Assembly (NCBI GenBank): GCA_965223545.1
Contig: OZ245006.1
Coordinates: 4,000,001 to 4,064,000 of the forward strand
Direction of reading: 5' to 3'
DNA from: Planctomycetota bacterium
Lineage (GTDB): Bacteria; Planctomycetota; UBA1135; UBA2386
Length of the DNA: 64,000 nt
Every line of letters starts with the position of its first letter. Position 1 is the first letter of the stretch. Positions 20,463-29,679 of this stretch are shown in pieces. The position numbers and the translations under genes were made by a program. The notes beneath the pieces are model-generated. The model was not told where the DNA came from. It saw only the letters and a list, made by a program, of their open reading frames with translations, and made no database searches.

Positions 20463-21571
20463 CCACCGGCCACGACATCACGGTACAGCTGGAAGTACCG
20501 CTCCAAGATCTTGGACTGGTCGAACTCGGTTTCGGCGCGCTGGCGCGCCGCGACGCTGAGGCGGCGGTGCAGCTGCTCGTCGCGCAGCAGAGACAGGCAG
20601 CCGCGGCCGAGCTCGTCCGGCCGAGCGCATTCGGCGTAGACGCCGGTGTCGGCCACGACTTCGCGCACGCCACCGACGTCGGTCGTCGCGCACGGCACGC
20701 CGCAGCTCATCGCCTCGAGCATCGTCATGCCGAAGCTCTCGGTCTCCGACGCCATCAGGCAGAGGTCGGCGTCGGCGAAGATCCCCTCGGGGGAGGTGAC
20801 CTGCGGCACGTGCTGTACGCGGTCGAGGCAGCCGAGATCGGAAGCGACCGCGAAGGCGTGCTCCCGATCCGGCCCGTCGCCGACGAGCACCAAACGGGCC
20901 GGCAGCTCGTCGGTGATGACCTTGAACGCGCGCACCACATCGGCGACCCGCTTGACTGGCCGGAAGTTGCTGGCGTGCACGATGATCCGCTCCTCGTCCG
21001 CGCGTTCGTAGTAGCGCCCCTGGGTGCCGGGCACGTAGCGCTCGGTGTCGACGAAGTTGGGAATCACCGCGATTGGCTGGCGGGTGCCGAACAGCAGCCG
21101 GGTTTCGTTGGCCAGGAACTCGCTGACCGCGGTGACCCCGTTCGACTGATCGATGGCAAATCTGGTCGGCCGCATGTAGGCGCGGTCCGCGCCGACGACG
21201 GTGATGTCGGTGCCGTGCAATGTGGTGATGAAGCGCAGTTTGCCGCCCGACATCGAGCGCGCCAGGTAGGCGCTGACCGCGTGCGGAATCGCGTAGTGCA
21301 CGTGGAACACGTCGATGCCCGCTTCTTCCTGCACCTCGAGCATGCGCGTGGCCAGCGCCAGGTCGTACGGAGGGAAGCGCAACAGCGGGTAGCCCGCCAC
21401 CCGCACGTCGTGGTAGCGCAGACCGGTCACGTTGCCGCGCAGGCGGTGCGGACGGTCGTAGCTGATCAGGTGCACTTCGTGACCGCAGGCCGCCGCATGC
21501 AGGGCGACTTCGGTCGCGATGACGCTGCTGCCACCCACGGTCGGGTAGCAGACGATGCCGAGCCGGAGCAT
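20459..21571 (-). CDS. bshA: N-acetyl-alpha-D-glucosaminyl L-malate synthase (GT4)
   Basis: GIVCYPTVGGS..IATE, HVHYAIPHA, TTLHGTDIT.VG, SNFRPVKR, ESFG..LEAMSCG. Confidence 0.92.
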   Translation of the reverse strand: MLRLGIVCYPTVGGSSVIATEVALHAAACGHEVHLISYDRPHRLRGNVTGLRYHDVRVAGYPLLRFPPYDLALATRMLEVQEEAGIDVFHVHYAIPHAVSAYLARSMSGGKLRFITTLHGTDITVVGADRAYMRPTRFAIDQSNGVTAVSEFLANETRLLFGTRQPIAVIPNFVDTERYVPGTQGRYYERADEERIIVHASNFRPVKRVADVVRAFKVITDELPARLVLVGDGPDREHAFAVASDLGCLDRVQHVPQVTSPEGIFADADLCLMASETESFGMTMLEAMSCGVPCATTDVGGVREVVADTGVYAECARPDELGRGCLSLLRDEQLHRRLSVAARQRAETEFDQSKILERYFQLYRDVVAGG

Positions 21572-21635
21572 TGGGCGCGATTCTACGAGGCGTGCGGCGG
21601 ATCCGTTGGGCGCGAAATCGCGCGTTCCCGCGGTC

Positions 21636-21864
21636 GGCTCAGCGCGGCCACGGCGGCAACCGAACTCGGATGCCGCTCTTGCCGGAGCGCTTTGGAGGGT
21701 CCGACCCATCCGCCGCCGCGCTGAGCCCGGAGGCACTGTCTCTCCGAGCCTCCGGCGCGGCGGCGACGTTGCCATGGCAGCGGCGTCGCCTCGAAAATGT
21801 TGTCGAAGCTCGAAGGTTCGAGGCGCCGGAGGCTCAGCGCGGCCACGGCGGCAACCAAACTCGG
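21636..21864. repeat. Structured intergenic element: 34-bp direct repeat plus several inverted repeats (REP/BIME/MITE-like or ncRNA)
   Basis: GGCTCAGCGCGGCCACGGCGGCAACC(G/A)AACTCGG at 21636-69 and 21831-64; inverted GCCGCGCTGAGCC at 21715-27; GAGCCTCCGGCGC 21746-58 / GCGCCGGAGGCTC 21823-35. Confidence 0.75.
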
Positions 21865-21866
21865 GC

Positions 21867-22448
21867 TCAGCCCGGCAGGGTGAGGCGGAACTCCACCTCG
21901 CGCCCCGCTGCCTGCCAGGTCAGCTTTGCGCCGAGCGCGCGCACGAAGTCCTCGAGCGAGCGGAAGTGCATCTCCGGCGGGATGGCGGGTGACTCGCCGA
22001 GGGGGTGGCGCGCGCGCACGAGCAGGACGGCATCGCCCTCGCTGGTCGTCGGTTGGATGCAGACATCGCCGCCGTCACCGGCGTGATCGCTGGCCAGGTG
22101 CAGCACGCGCTCGATCGTCGTGCCGAGGACCGCCGCGTCGATCGGTGGCGTCGGCGGGGGCTCGGCGGGCGCGATGTAGTCGACGTGCTGATCCAACGAC
22201 TCGATGGCGCGCTGCGCGCAACCGCGCACCAGCGCGCAGAACGGGTCGTCGTCGCGCGCCGCCGGCGCCGGCAGCGCGTTGCGGCCGCCCATCAGCGAGG
22301 CCAGCGCGTCCTGCAAGCCCGCCGTCTCGCGCTCCAGCGCCGAGGCGATGGTCTCGGGGTCGGCGAGCTCGACCCCGTCACAGATCCGCGCCGCGGCCTC
22401 GTCGATGGCATGCAGCGAGCGTTCCAGGGGTTTCTCGTCGGGCGACAT
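21867..22448 (-). CDS. Hypothetical protein with a degenerate HATPase_c-like C-terminal domain
   Basis: 'IDAAVLGTTIERVLHLASDHAGDGGDVCI..AVLLV..FVRALGAKL...EFRLTLPG' follows the histidine-kinase CA-domain pattern without N/G1/G2 boxes. Confidence 0.6.
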   Translation of the reverse strand: MSPDEKPLERSLHAIDEAAARICDGVELADPETIASALERETAGLQDALASLMGGRNALPAPAARDDDPFCALVRGCAQRAIESLDQHVDYIAPAEPPPTPPIDAAVLGTTIERVLHLASDHAGDGGDVCIQPTTSEGDAVLLVRARHPLGESPAIPPEMHFRSLEDFVRALGAKLTWQAAGREVEFRLTLPG

Positions 22449-22579
22449 CGGCACTCTCCGCCGGTGTGATCGACCGCGGGCGGGCTCGGGCTTGATGGCG
22501 GCTGCGGCGAATGTCGCGTTCTTGGACGGTGCGGCGCTGGTGATGAATGGGAGCCTGGCTCCGTACGTTCACCGTACGT

Positions 22580-23404
22580 TCAGTCGGCGCCGAGGTCGGC
22601 GAGGACTTCGTCGTCTTGGTCGGGGGCCGTGGGCCGCTCGATGGGCATGCCGAGGAACTCGCGGGCGAAGGTGTCGTGGTCGAGGGCGCCGTTGGATTCG
22701 GGGGCGTGCTCGAAGATCGTGCGGCCGAAGCTGGGAGCTTCGGCGAGCTTGACGTTGGCGCGAATGACGGTGTCGGCGACCGCGGCGCCGAAGTGGGCGC
22801 GGATCTCGGCGAGGACTTCGCTGGCGAGGTTGGTGCGCAGGTCGACCATGCACGCAAGGACGTGGCCGACGCGCAGCTGTGGGTTGAGGCGTCGCTGGAC
22901 CAAGTCGATGACCTCGAGCAGCTTGGCCATGCCTTGCAGCGCGAAGTACTCGGTCTGCATCGGGATCAGCACCGAGTCCGCGGCGACCAGCGCGTTCGCC
23001 GACAGCACCCCCAGCGATGGTGGGCAGTCCATCAGCACGTAGTCGAACGGCGTGCTGCGCTGCAGCTGCTCGAGGGCTTCGCGCAGGATCATCTCGCGGC
23101 CGATGCGGTCGGACAGGGCTTGCTCGACCGAGGCGAGCGCGGTGTCCGCCGCGGCCAAGAACAAGCCGTCGGTCGCGGTCGGGGTCACCGCGTCGGCCAA
23201 CGGCACGTCGTGCAGGAAGAGATCGGTGATGGTGCGCTGCGTGGTCTCCGGCCGACAGTCGACGTGCAGAGTGCAGTTGGCCTGTGGATCCAGGTCGAGC
23301 AGCAGGACCCGCTGGCCGTGCCGGGCAAGGGCTGCTCCGTGGTTGACGGTGGTGGTGGTCTTGCCGACCCCGCCCTTCTGATTGATGACCGCCACGCGCT
23401 TCAT
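22580..23404 (-). CDS. parA: ParA/Soj-family ATPase
   Basis: NQKGGVGKTTT, LDLDPQAN, MDCPPSLG, QTEYFALQG, IRANVKLAEAPSFG. Confidence 0.92.
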   Translation of the reverse strand: MKRVAVINQKGGVGKTTTTVNHGAALARHGQRVLLLDLDPQANCTLHVDCRPETTQRTITDLFLHDVPLADAVTPTATDGLFLAAADTALASVEQALSDRIGREMILREALEQLQRSTPFDYVLMDCPPSLGVLSANALVAADSVLIPMQTEYFALQGMAKLLEVIDLVQRRLNPQLRVGHVLACMVDLRTNLASEVLAEIRAHFGAAVADTVIRANVKLAEAPSFGRTIFEHAPESNGALDHDTFAREFLGMPIERPTAPDQDDEVLADLGAD

Positions 23405-23504
23405 GCCGATAGCCCCCTGCTGCTTGTCTATGCGGGTGATTCTCGGGGCAGCGTCGCCGAGCCGCAAAACAAACCGTGGTTCGAGCGGCGCGCGAGTTCC
23501 CGCT

Positions 23505-24218
23505 TCAGAGCAGGGCGGTGAGGTCGTCGACGCGCAGCGGCCCGTCCAGCCAGAACGGTTCGGCCGCCTGGCAGGCCGCGCGGGCACCGTAGAACGCGTC
23601 GCGGGCGCGGGCGCGCTCGACGATGTCGAGGCCGACCATGTGCCGGCGATCGCCGCCGGGCAGCTGCGAGGCGTAGCAGCGCAGTGCTTCGAGCTTGGCG
23701 TCGGCCTGCCCCGAGGTGTCGACGCACAGGGTCGCCACTGGCAGCTCGTGGTGTAAGGGGTAGCGCAAAAAGAGCTTGGGTCGATGGGCTGCGCCGAGCT
23801 CGGGCCAGAGGGCGGCGAGGCCGGCGGTGAAGAACGCGCGGCTGGCGAGCGCTCCGGTGGCGGCGTGGTCGGGGTGCACGTCGCGCTCGAGCGGGGCGAT
23901 CAGGATCGAGGGCCGCAGCGCGCGCAGCGCCTCGATCAGGGCGCGCAGGGCGGTCTCGTCGTCGCGCAGCCGGGCATCCGGCAGGCCCAGGTTGCGCCGC
24001 TCCGTCAAGCCGAGCCGCGCGCTCGCGGCGGCGCACTCGGCTGCCCGGGTCTGCGGATCACCCAGGCTGCCCATCTCGCCCCGGGTGAGATCGACCACCG
24101 CGACGCGGCGACCGGCCGCGGTGAGTTTGAGGATCGTGCCGCCGCAGCCGAGCTCGGCGTCGTCGGGATGCGGACCCAGCACCACCACGTCCATCGCCTC
24201 GGTCCCGCGGTTGGCCAT
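23505..24218 (-). CDS. bshB1: Bacillithiol biosynthesis deacetylase BshB1 (PIG-L family)
   Basis: GPHPDDAELGCGG, DLTRGEMGS, NLGLPD, HPDH, AEPF; coupled to bshC by a TGATG overlap. Confidence 0.88.
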   Translation of the reverse strand: MANRGTEAMDVVVLGPHPDDAELGCGGTILKLTAAGRRVAVVDLTRGEMGSLGDPQTRAAECAAASARLGLTERRNLGLPDARLRDDETALRALIEALRALRPSILIAPLERDVHPDHAATGALASRAFFTAGLAALWPELGAAHRPKLFLRYPLHHELPVATLCVDTSGQADAKLEALRCYASQLPGGDRRHMVGLDIVERARARDAFYGARAACQAAEPFWLDGPLRVDDLTALL

Positions 24219-25774
24219 CAGAGCTCCACCACCAGATGCTCGAGGGCGAACGGGTCGGCGGCGTCGACGAGGGTGTCGGCGAGCTCGATGCCGTGCGCCA
24301 CCATGAAGGGCACTGGACCGAGCACGCGCTCCTGCAGCCGGCCGCCCGGCAGCAGGTTGCTGCACAGCCGGCGCACCTGCCGCATCCCGGTGCCCTCGCG
24401 GTTCTGCCGGGAGCGCCGCACGCGCCCGCCGAGCCGCTGCAGCTCGTCGACGAGCTTGCTGCGGGTGCGCTCGAAGGGGCCGACCATCTGGCCGTCGAGC
24501 TTGCGCATCTGGCTCGCCAGCTCTGCCAGGCGCTCGCCCAGATCCGCCGCCAGCGCGTCCAAGCCCATCTCGACCGGGCTGTTCTCGCCCTCGTTGAGGG
24601 TCTGGCCGAGCGCGACCGGACCGCGGGCCAAGTCCGGCAGATCCCAGCCGAAGCGGTGCAGCAGCTTCTTCTGCGACGGCTCGATCAGCGAGAGCGAGGC
24701 GCGCGGCACGAACACCGGGGCGGGGACGCCGAGGTGGCGGTACAGCGGACCCGCGACGGACAGATACGCCAGCTCGCCGGGGCCGGCGATGGTGGCGATG
24801 TTGGGCAGACACGCGTCCTGCCACAGTGGCCGCAACAGGACGCCGGGGCTCATCGCGGTGGATCGCGGCATCACGTCGCCGTCGGCGAGCGGCAAGCGGC
24901 GCTGCCCGGTGTCCTGGAACATCAGCGTCGCGGTCGGATCGAAGGTGACGTCGACGCCGACGTCGCCGAGGTGCTCGATCGCGCCGCGCACCACTTCGCG
25001 CAGCTCGGCAGCGGACTCGAGCCACCGCGGTAGCACCTCGAAGGCCTGCTCCGGCAGGTCGCGCGGCTCGATCACCAGTAGACCGTGGTGACCGAACAGC
25101 GCGAACAGCATGCGCGCCATCGTCGAGCCGAAGGTGTCGTCGTCGCTGCGCGGCCGCACCGTGTCCATGGCCCAGTCGCGGAACTCGGACTTGGGCATCA
25201 AGTCGTCGAGCGCCGGCAGCGCCTGCTCGAGGGCGTGGCCGATCGGGATGTGGCGCAGCGAGGCGCCGGTGCGCGGCAGGTCGAGCCGCACGCGCTGGGT
25301 GTCGAGGTTGGCGTTGACCAAGAACGCGCGGTTGGCCTCGTCGAAGTCGTGGTCGTCGGTGTGGTTCCAGAACACCGGCACGACCGGCGCCGCGCCGGGC
25401 AGCGCCGACAGCTCGCGCGCCAGCCGAATCGCCGTCGCCGCCTTGTGCACGCTGTAGAGCGGACCGCCGAACAGACCCGGCTGCTGGCCGGTGACCACAG
25501 CACAGGTGCGCTCGTCGGCGAGCGCGGCGGCGTTGCGCAGCGCGGCCTCCGGGGCCTCGTGGCGCTCGGCGTAGGCGGTGAAGGCGGCGGCGAGCGCGTC
25601 GGCGGGCACCAACCGGCGGGCCCGCGCCGGGGCGGCCTGCTGCAGCTGATGGGCGGTCGCCGGGCGAGTGCCCAAGAACCGGTGCAGGTCCGGGTCCTCT
25701 TCGAGGTAGCGCAGGTGGACGTCGGAATCGGAGCCCAGCAGGCGGAACGGCAGGCGGCGCACGCGGTGGCTCAC
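24218..25774 (-). CDS. bshC: Bacillithiol cysteine-adding enzyme BshC
   Basis: VVTGQQPGLFGGPLYSVHKA, PVFW..DDHDFDE, SPGVLLRPLWQD..LP, GPGELAY, LQERV; GTG start overlaps the pyrF stop. Confidence 0.9.
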   Translation of the reverse strand: MSHRVRRLPFRLLGSDSDVHLRYLEEDPDLHRFLGTRPATAHQLQQAAPARARRLVPADALAAAFTAYAERHEAPEAALRNAAALADERTCAVVTGQQPGLFGGPLYSVHKAATAIRLARELSALPGAAPVVPVFWNHTDDHDFDEANRAFLVNANLDTQRVRLDLPRTGASLRHIPIGHALEQALPALDDLMPKSEFRDWAMDTVRPRSDDDTFGSTMARMLFALFGHHGLLVIEPRDLPEQAFEVLPRWLESAAELREVVRGAIEHLGDVGVDVTFDPTATLMFQDTGQRRLPLADGDVMPRSTAMSPGVLLRPLWQDACLPNIATIAGPGELAYLSVAGPLYRHLGVPAPVFVPRASLSLIEPSQKKLLHRFGWDLPDLARGPVALGQTLNEGENSPVEMGLDALAADLGERLAELASQMRKLDGQMVGPFERTRSKLVDELQRLGGRVRRSRQNREGTGMRQVRRLCSNLLPGGRLQERVLGPVPFMVAHGIELADTLVDAADPFALEHLVVEL

Positions 25775-26640
25775 GGCGTGCTCCGCTGGCTCGCGGCCTC
25801 GCGCGCGCGCTTGGCGAATGCGTCCGCCGCTGCCGACAGCTGCGCGCGCCAGTCGGCGGCGCTGGGTGGTGCGGCGTGCATGACACCGCGGCTCTGGCTG
25901 ATCAAGCCGCCGAGGCCCGTGTCGTCGAACGCGGCGGCGGTGTCCGCCTCGGTGGCGCCCTGCGCGCCCACCCCCGGCAACAGCAGCCAGGCGCGCGGCA
26001 TCAGGCCGCGCAGCCGGCGCAGATCGTCCGGGCTGGTCGCGCCGACCACGGCGCCGACGGGCGTGTAGTCGTCGCCGTCGCCGGCCAGCTGCGCGCCCCA
26101 TTGGTGCACGGCGCGGGCGACGCGGTCGCACAGCCGCTCCTCCCCCACGTCCAAGTCCTGCAGCTCGGCGGCGGACGGATTGCTGGTGCGCACCAGCACG
26201 AACACGCCCTTGCCGTCGTCGACACAGCGGGCGAAGAACGGCTGCAGCGAATCGGAGCCGAGGTACGGCTGCAGGGTGACCGCGTCGGCGAGATCGAGGT
26301 GATAGGCGGCGTAGGCCTCGGCCGTGCTGCCGATGTCGCCGCGCTTGATATCGCCGATCACCAAGACGCCGCATTCCCTGGCTTGCCGGCAGGTCGCCTC
26401 GTACGCCGCCAGCCCGGCGGCCCCGTAGCGCTCGAAGAAGGCGATGTTGGGCTTCACCGCGGCGACGTGCGGAGCGAGTACGGGCAGCGCTTCGCGGTAA
26501 TACGCCTGGATGCGGTCGGCCGGAGGAGCGCCGGGCGCAATGTTGTCGGGAAGAGCCTGAATCCGCGGGTCGAGTCCCACCACGACCGGGCCGGCGCGTC
26601 GCACGGCGTCGGCGAGGCGGGAGGCGAAGTCGGGGCTCAT
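25771..26640 (-). CDS. pyrF: Orotidine-5'-phosphate decarboxylase (subfamily 2)
   Basis: VVGLDP, KPNIAFFE, DIKRGDIGST, PYLGSDS, RTSNP, GAVVGAT, LLPGVGAQG, SRG. Confidence 0.95.
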   Translation of the reverse strand: MSPDFASRLADAVRRAGPVVVGLDPRIQALPDNIAPGAPPADRIQAYYREALPVLAPHVAAVKPNIAFFERYGAAGLAAYEATCRQARECGVLVIGDIKRGDIGSTAEAYAAYHLDLADAVTLQPYLGSDSLQPFFARCVDDGKGVFVLVRTSNPSAAELQDLDVGEERLCDRVARAVHQWGAQLAGDGDDYTPVGAVVGATSPDDLRRLRGLMPRAWLLLPGVGAQGATEADTAAAFDDTGLGGLISQSRGVMHAAPPSAADWRAQLSAAADAFAKRAREAASQRSTP

Positions 26641-26811
26641 CGCGCAAGAGCCTAGCAGACCGCCGGCAAGTTGCTCGGCCGGTGTGGCGTCGATTCCGCG
26701 GCGTCCGCGTTTCCTTCTCAGTCTCGGCAAAGGGGTGGCGTCGCGCTGCCAAAACCGTTTGCATGCCGCGATCTCGCCCCGTGCCGACCCCGTCGAGAGG
26801 TCTTTGCCGCC

Positions 26812-27963
26812 ATGGTTTCAGTCTTCGTCCCTGCAGAATCGGAGCCCGGTGAGACCCGGGTCGCGGCGGTTCCCGAGACCGTCAAGAACATGGTCAAGCA
26901 CGGCCTCTCGGTGACCGTGCAGGCCGGCGCCGGCACGGCGTCGGGGTTTCTCGACAACGACTATCAAGAGGCCGGCGCGACCATCGCCGCCGACGATGGT
27001 GCGATGCGCGCCGCCGACTTGGTCCTTCGGGTGCGGCCGCCGCGCGACGGCTCGGCCGAGTGCGAGCTGAAGGAAGGCGCGATCTTGATGTGCAGCCTGC
27101 AGCCGATGCTGCGCCTGCCCCTGGTCGAGGAGCTGCGCAAGCGCAAGATCACCGCGGTGGCGATGGACTTGATGCCGCGCATCACGCGCGCGCAGAAGAT
27201 GGACATCCTCAGCAGCCAGGCGACCACGGCGGGCTACCACGCGGTGCTGCTCGCCGCAGCGTCGCTGCCGAAGATGTTTCCGCTGTTCATGACCGCGGCC
27301 GGCACGTTGACCCCGGCCCGCGTGGTCGTGCTCGGTGCCGGCGTCGCCGGTCTGCAGGCGATCGCCACCGCCAAGCGCCTCGGCGCGGTGGTGGAGGCCA
27401 ACGACATCCGGCCGGCGGTGGCCGAGCAGGTCGAGAGCCTCGGCGCCAAGTTCATCGACACCGGGACGCCGCCCCAGGCGGAGACCGCGGGGGGCTACGC
27501 CAAGGAGACCTCCGAGGAGTACGCCCGAAAGCAGAAGGAGATCCTCACCCGGCACCTCTCCGCCGCCGACGTGGTGATCACCACGGCCCTGATTCCGGGC
27601 CGCAAGGCCCCGGTGCTGGTCAGCGACGAGATGCTGCAGGCGATGCGGCCGGGCTCGGTGGTCGTCGACCTGGCGGTCGAGATGGGCGGCAACGTCGAGG
27701 GCAGCGTCGCCGGTCAGACCGTCGAGGTGCACGGCGTCAAGATCATCGGCGAGCCGAACATGCCGGCAAAGGTCTGCACCGACGCCAGCCGGATGTTCGC
27801 CCGCAACCTCAACGCGTTCCTGTTCGACGGCTGGATCGACAAGGAGGGCAACATGGCGGTGAAGCTGGACGACGAGTGCGTCGTCGCGACGACCGTCACC
27901 CGCGACGGTGAGGTGAAACACAAGGGCGCGGCCGAAGCGCTGTCCGCCAAGGGAGCTTCGTGA
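26812..27963 (+). CDS. pntA: NAD(P) transhydrogenase alpha-1 subunit
   Basis: PRITRAQKMDILSSQ, MTAAGT, GAGVAGLQAIATA, GGYAKE, ITTALIPGRKAP. Confidence 0.95.
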   Translation: MVSVFVPAESEPGETRVAAVPETVKNMVKHGLSVTVQAGAGTASGFLDNDYQEAGATIAADDGAMRAADLVLRVRPPRDGSAECELKEGAILMCSLQPMLRLPLVEELRKRKITAVAMDLMPRITRAQKMDILSSQATTAGYHAVLLAAASLPKMFPLFMTAAGTLTPARVVVLGAGVAGLQAIATAKRLGAVVEANDIRPAVAEQVESLGAKFIDTGTPPQAETAGGYAKETSEEYARKQKEILTRHLSAADVVITTALIPGRKAPVLVSDEMLQAMRPGSVVVDLAVEMGGNVEGSVAGQTVEVHGVKIIGEPNMPAKVCTDASRMFARNLNAFLFDGWIDKEGNMAVKLDDECVVATTVTRDGEVKHKGAAEALSAKGAS

Positions 27964-28250
27964 TGGTCGACATCAGTCTCTATCTGTTCGTCTTCATGCT
28001 CGCCGCGTTCGTCGGCTTCGAGCTGATCACCAAGGTGCCGCCGACGCTGCACACGCCGCTGATGTCCGGCAGCAACGCCGTCTCGGGCGTGACCATCGTC
28101 GGCGCGCTGCTGGCGGTGAGCACCGCCGAGGGCTATCCGCAGCTGGCGATGATCTTCGGCTTCGTGTCGCTGGTGTTCGCCACGATCAACGTGGTCGGCG
28201 GTTTCCTGGTCACCGACCGCATGCTCGGCATGTTCAAGAAGAAGGGCTGA
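27963..28250 (+). CDS. NAD(P) transhydrogenase alpha-2 (membrane) subunit
   Basis: PPTLHTPLMSGSNAVSG, INVVGGFLVTDRML. Confidence 0.93.
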   Translation: MVDISLYLFVFMLAAFVGFELITKVPPTLHTPLMSGSNAVSGVTIVGALLAVSTAEGYPQLAMIFGFVSLVFATINVVGGFLVTDRMLGMFKKKG

Positions 28251-28260
28251 GGGCGCTACC

Positions 28261-29679
28261 GTGCAGATCAATCCGACCTATCTGTATCTGGCCGCGACCG
28301 CGCTGTTCATCCTCGGCATCAAGGGCTTGTCGAAGGTCAAGTCCGCGCGCAACGGCAACCGCCTGGCGGCGACGGGCATGCTGATCGCCATCGTCGGCGC
28401 GCTGATCGAGGGCCAGGTCTTGAGTCCGATGTGGATCGCGATCGGCATCGCGGTCGGCGCGGCGATCGGTGGCTTCCTTGCCGGCCGCGTGCCGCTGACG
28501 CAGATGCCCGAGCTGGTGGCCGCCTTCAACGGCACCGGTGGCGGCGCGTCGGTGTTCGTCGCGCTGGCCAGCCTGTTCGCCTGGGAGAGCATGATCGGCG
28601 CCGGCCCCGACGCGCCGGCCAACGTCGCCGCCCTGGGCATCCCGCAGGCGATCACCCTACCGCTGACCATCGTCATCGGCATGGTGACCGCGACCGGCAG
28701 TGCGGTGGCCTACTTCAAGCTCGCCGGCAAGAAGATGACGCACCCGGTTCCGGGCGCGGCGCGACAGGTGCTGCACGCGGGCTTGGGAATCGCCGCCATC
28801 GGCTGCTGTGTCTGGTTGGTCACCGCCGGTGAGTCCGGGGCGATCAACACCGCGGCGATCGCGGTCGTGGTGCTCGCCGGCCTGCTCGGTGTGCTGTTGG
28901 TGCTGCCGATCGGCGGTGCCGACATGCCGGTCGTGGTCGCGCTGCTCAACTCCTATTCGGGCTTGGCGGCGGCGGCCAGCGGCTTCGTCATCAGCAACTC
29001 GCTGCTCATGGTCGCCGGTGCGTTGGTCGGCGCGTCGGGTCTGATCCTGACCAAGATCATGTGCAAGGCGATGAACCGCTCGCTCGGCAACGTGCTGCTC
29101 GGCGGCATCGGCGACGACGCACAAGCCGAAGATGCGCGCGACTACGCCAACATCAAGGAGACCAGCCCCGAAGAAGTCGCGATGCTGTTCGACGCGTCCA
29201 GCTCGATCATCATGGTGCCGGGCTACGGCCTCGCCGTCGCGCAGGCGCAGCACACGATGCGCGAGCTGGGCGAGCTGCTGGAGAAGCGGGGCGCCAACGT
29301 GCGCTACGCGATCCATCCCGTCGCCGGTCGCATGCCGGGGCACATGAACGTGCTGCTGGCCGAGGCGGACGTGTCCTACGACAAGCTGTTCGAGCTCGAG
29401 CGCATCAACGGCGACTTCAAGAACACCGACATCGTGGTCATCGTCGGCGCCAACGACGTCGTCAATCCCGCCGCGCGCGAGGATCCGCAAAGCCCGATCG
29501 CCGGCATGCCGATCCTCGACGTCGACGAAGCGGGCACGGTCGTGGTGGTCAAGCGCAGCCTGAGCCCCGGCTACGCCGGCATCAAGAACCCGCTGTTCGA
29601 CAAGGACAACTGCCTGATGGTGTTCATGGACGCCAAGAAGGCGCTCGAGGACATGGTGTCCGAGGTCAAGGAGCTCTGA
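28261..29679 (+). CDS. pntB: NAD(P) transhydrogenase beta subunit
   Basis: MPELVA, IGGADMPVVVALLNSYSG, AMNRS, VPGYGLAVAQAQ, HPVAGRMPGHMNVLLAE, GANDVVNP. Confidence 0.96.
   Translation: MQINPTYLYLAATALFILGIKGLSKVKSARNGNRLAATGMLIAIVGALIEGQVLSPMWIAIGIAVGAAIGGFLAGRVPLTQMPELVAAFNGTGGGASVFVALASLFAWESMIGAGPDAPANVAALGIPQAITLPLTIVIGMVTATGSAVAYFKLAGKKMTHPVPGAARQVLHAGLGIAAIGCCVWLVTAGESGAINTAAIAVVVLAGLLGVLLVLPIGGADMPVVVALLNSYSGLAAAASGFVISNSLLMVAGALVGASGLILTKIMCKAMNRSLGNVLLGGIGDDAQAEDARDYANIKETSPEEVAMLFDASSSIIMVPGYGLAVAQAQHTMRELGELLEKRGANVRYAIHPVAGRMPGHMNVLLAEADVSYDKLFELERINGDFKNTDIVVIVGANDVVNPAAREDPQSPIAGMPILDVDEAGTVVVVKRSLSPGYAGIKNPLFDKDNCLMVFMDAKKALEDMVSEVKEL

Noticed and set aside
21294..21309. parS site TAGTGCACGTGGAACA
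   Set aside because: Three mismatches to the palindrome, and it is explained by the conserved BshA 'FHVHY' coding sequence.
21636..21864. Two 34-bp direct repeats as a mini-CRISPR array
   Set aside because: Only two copies, a 161-bp self-complementary spacer, an inverted partial copy between them, and no cas genes.
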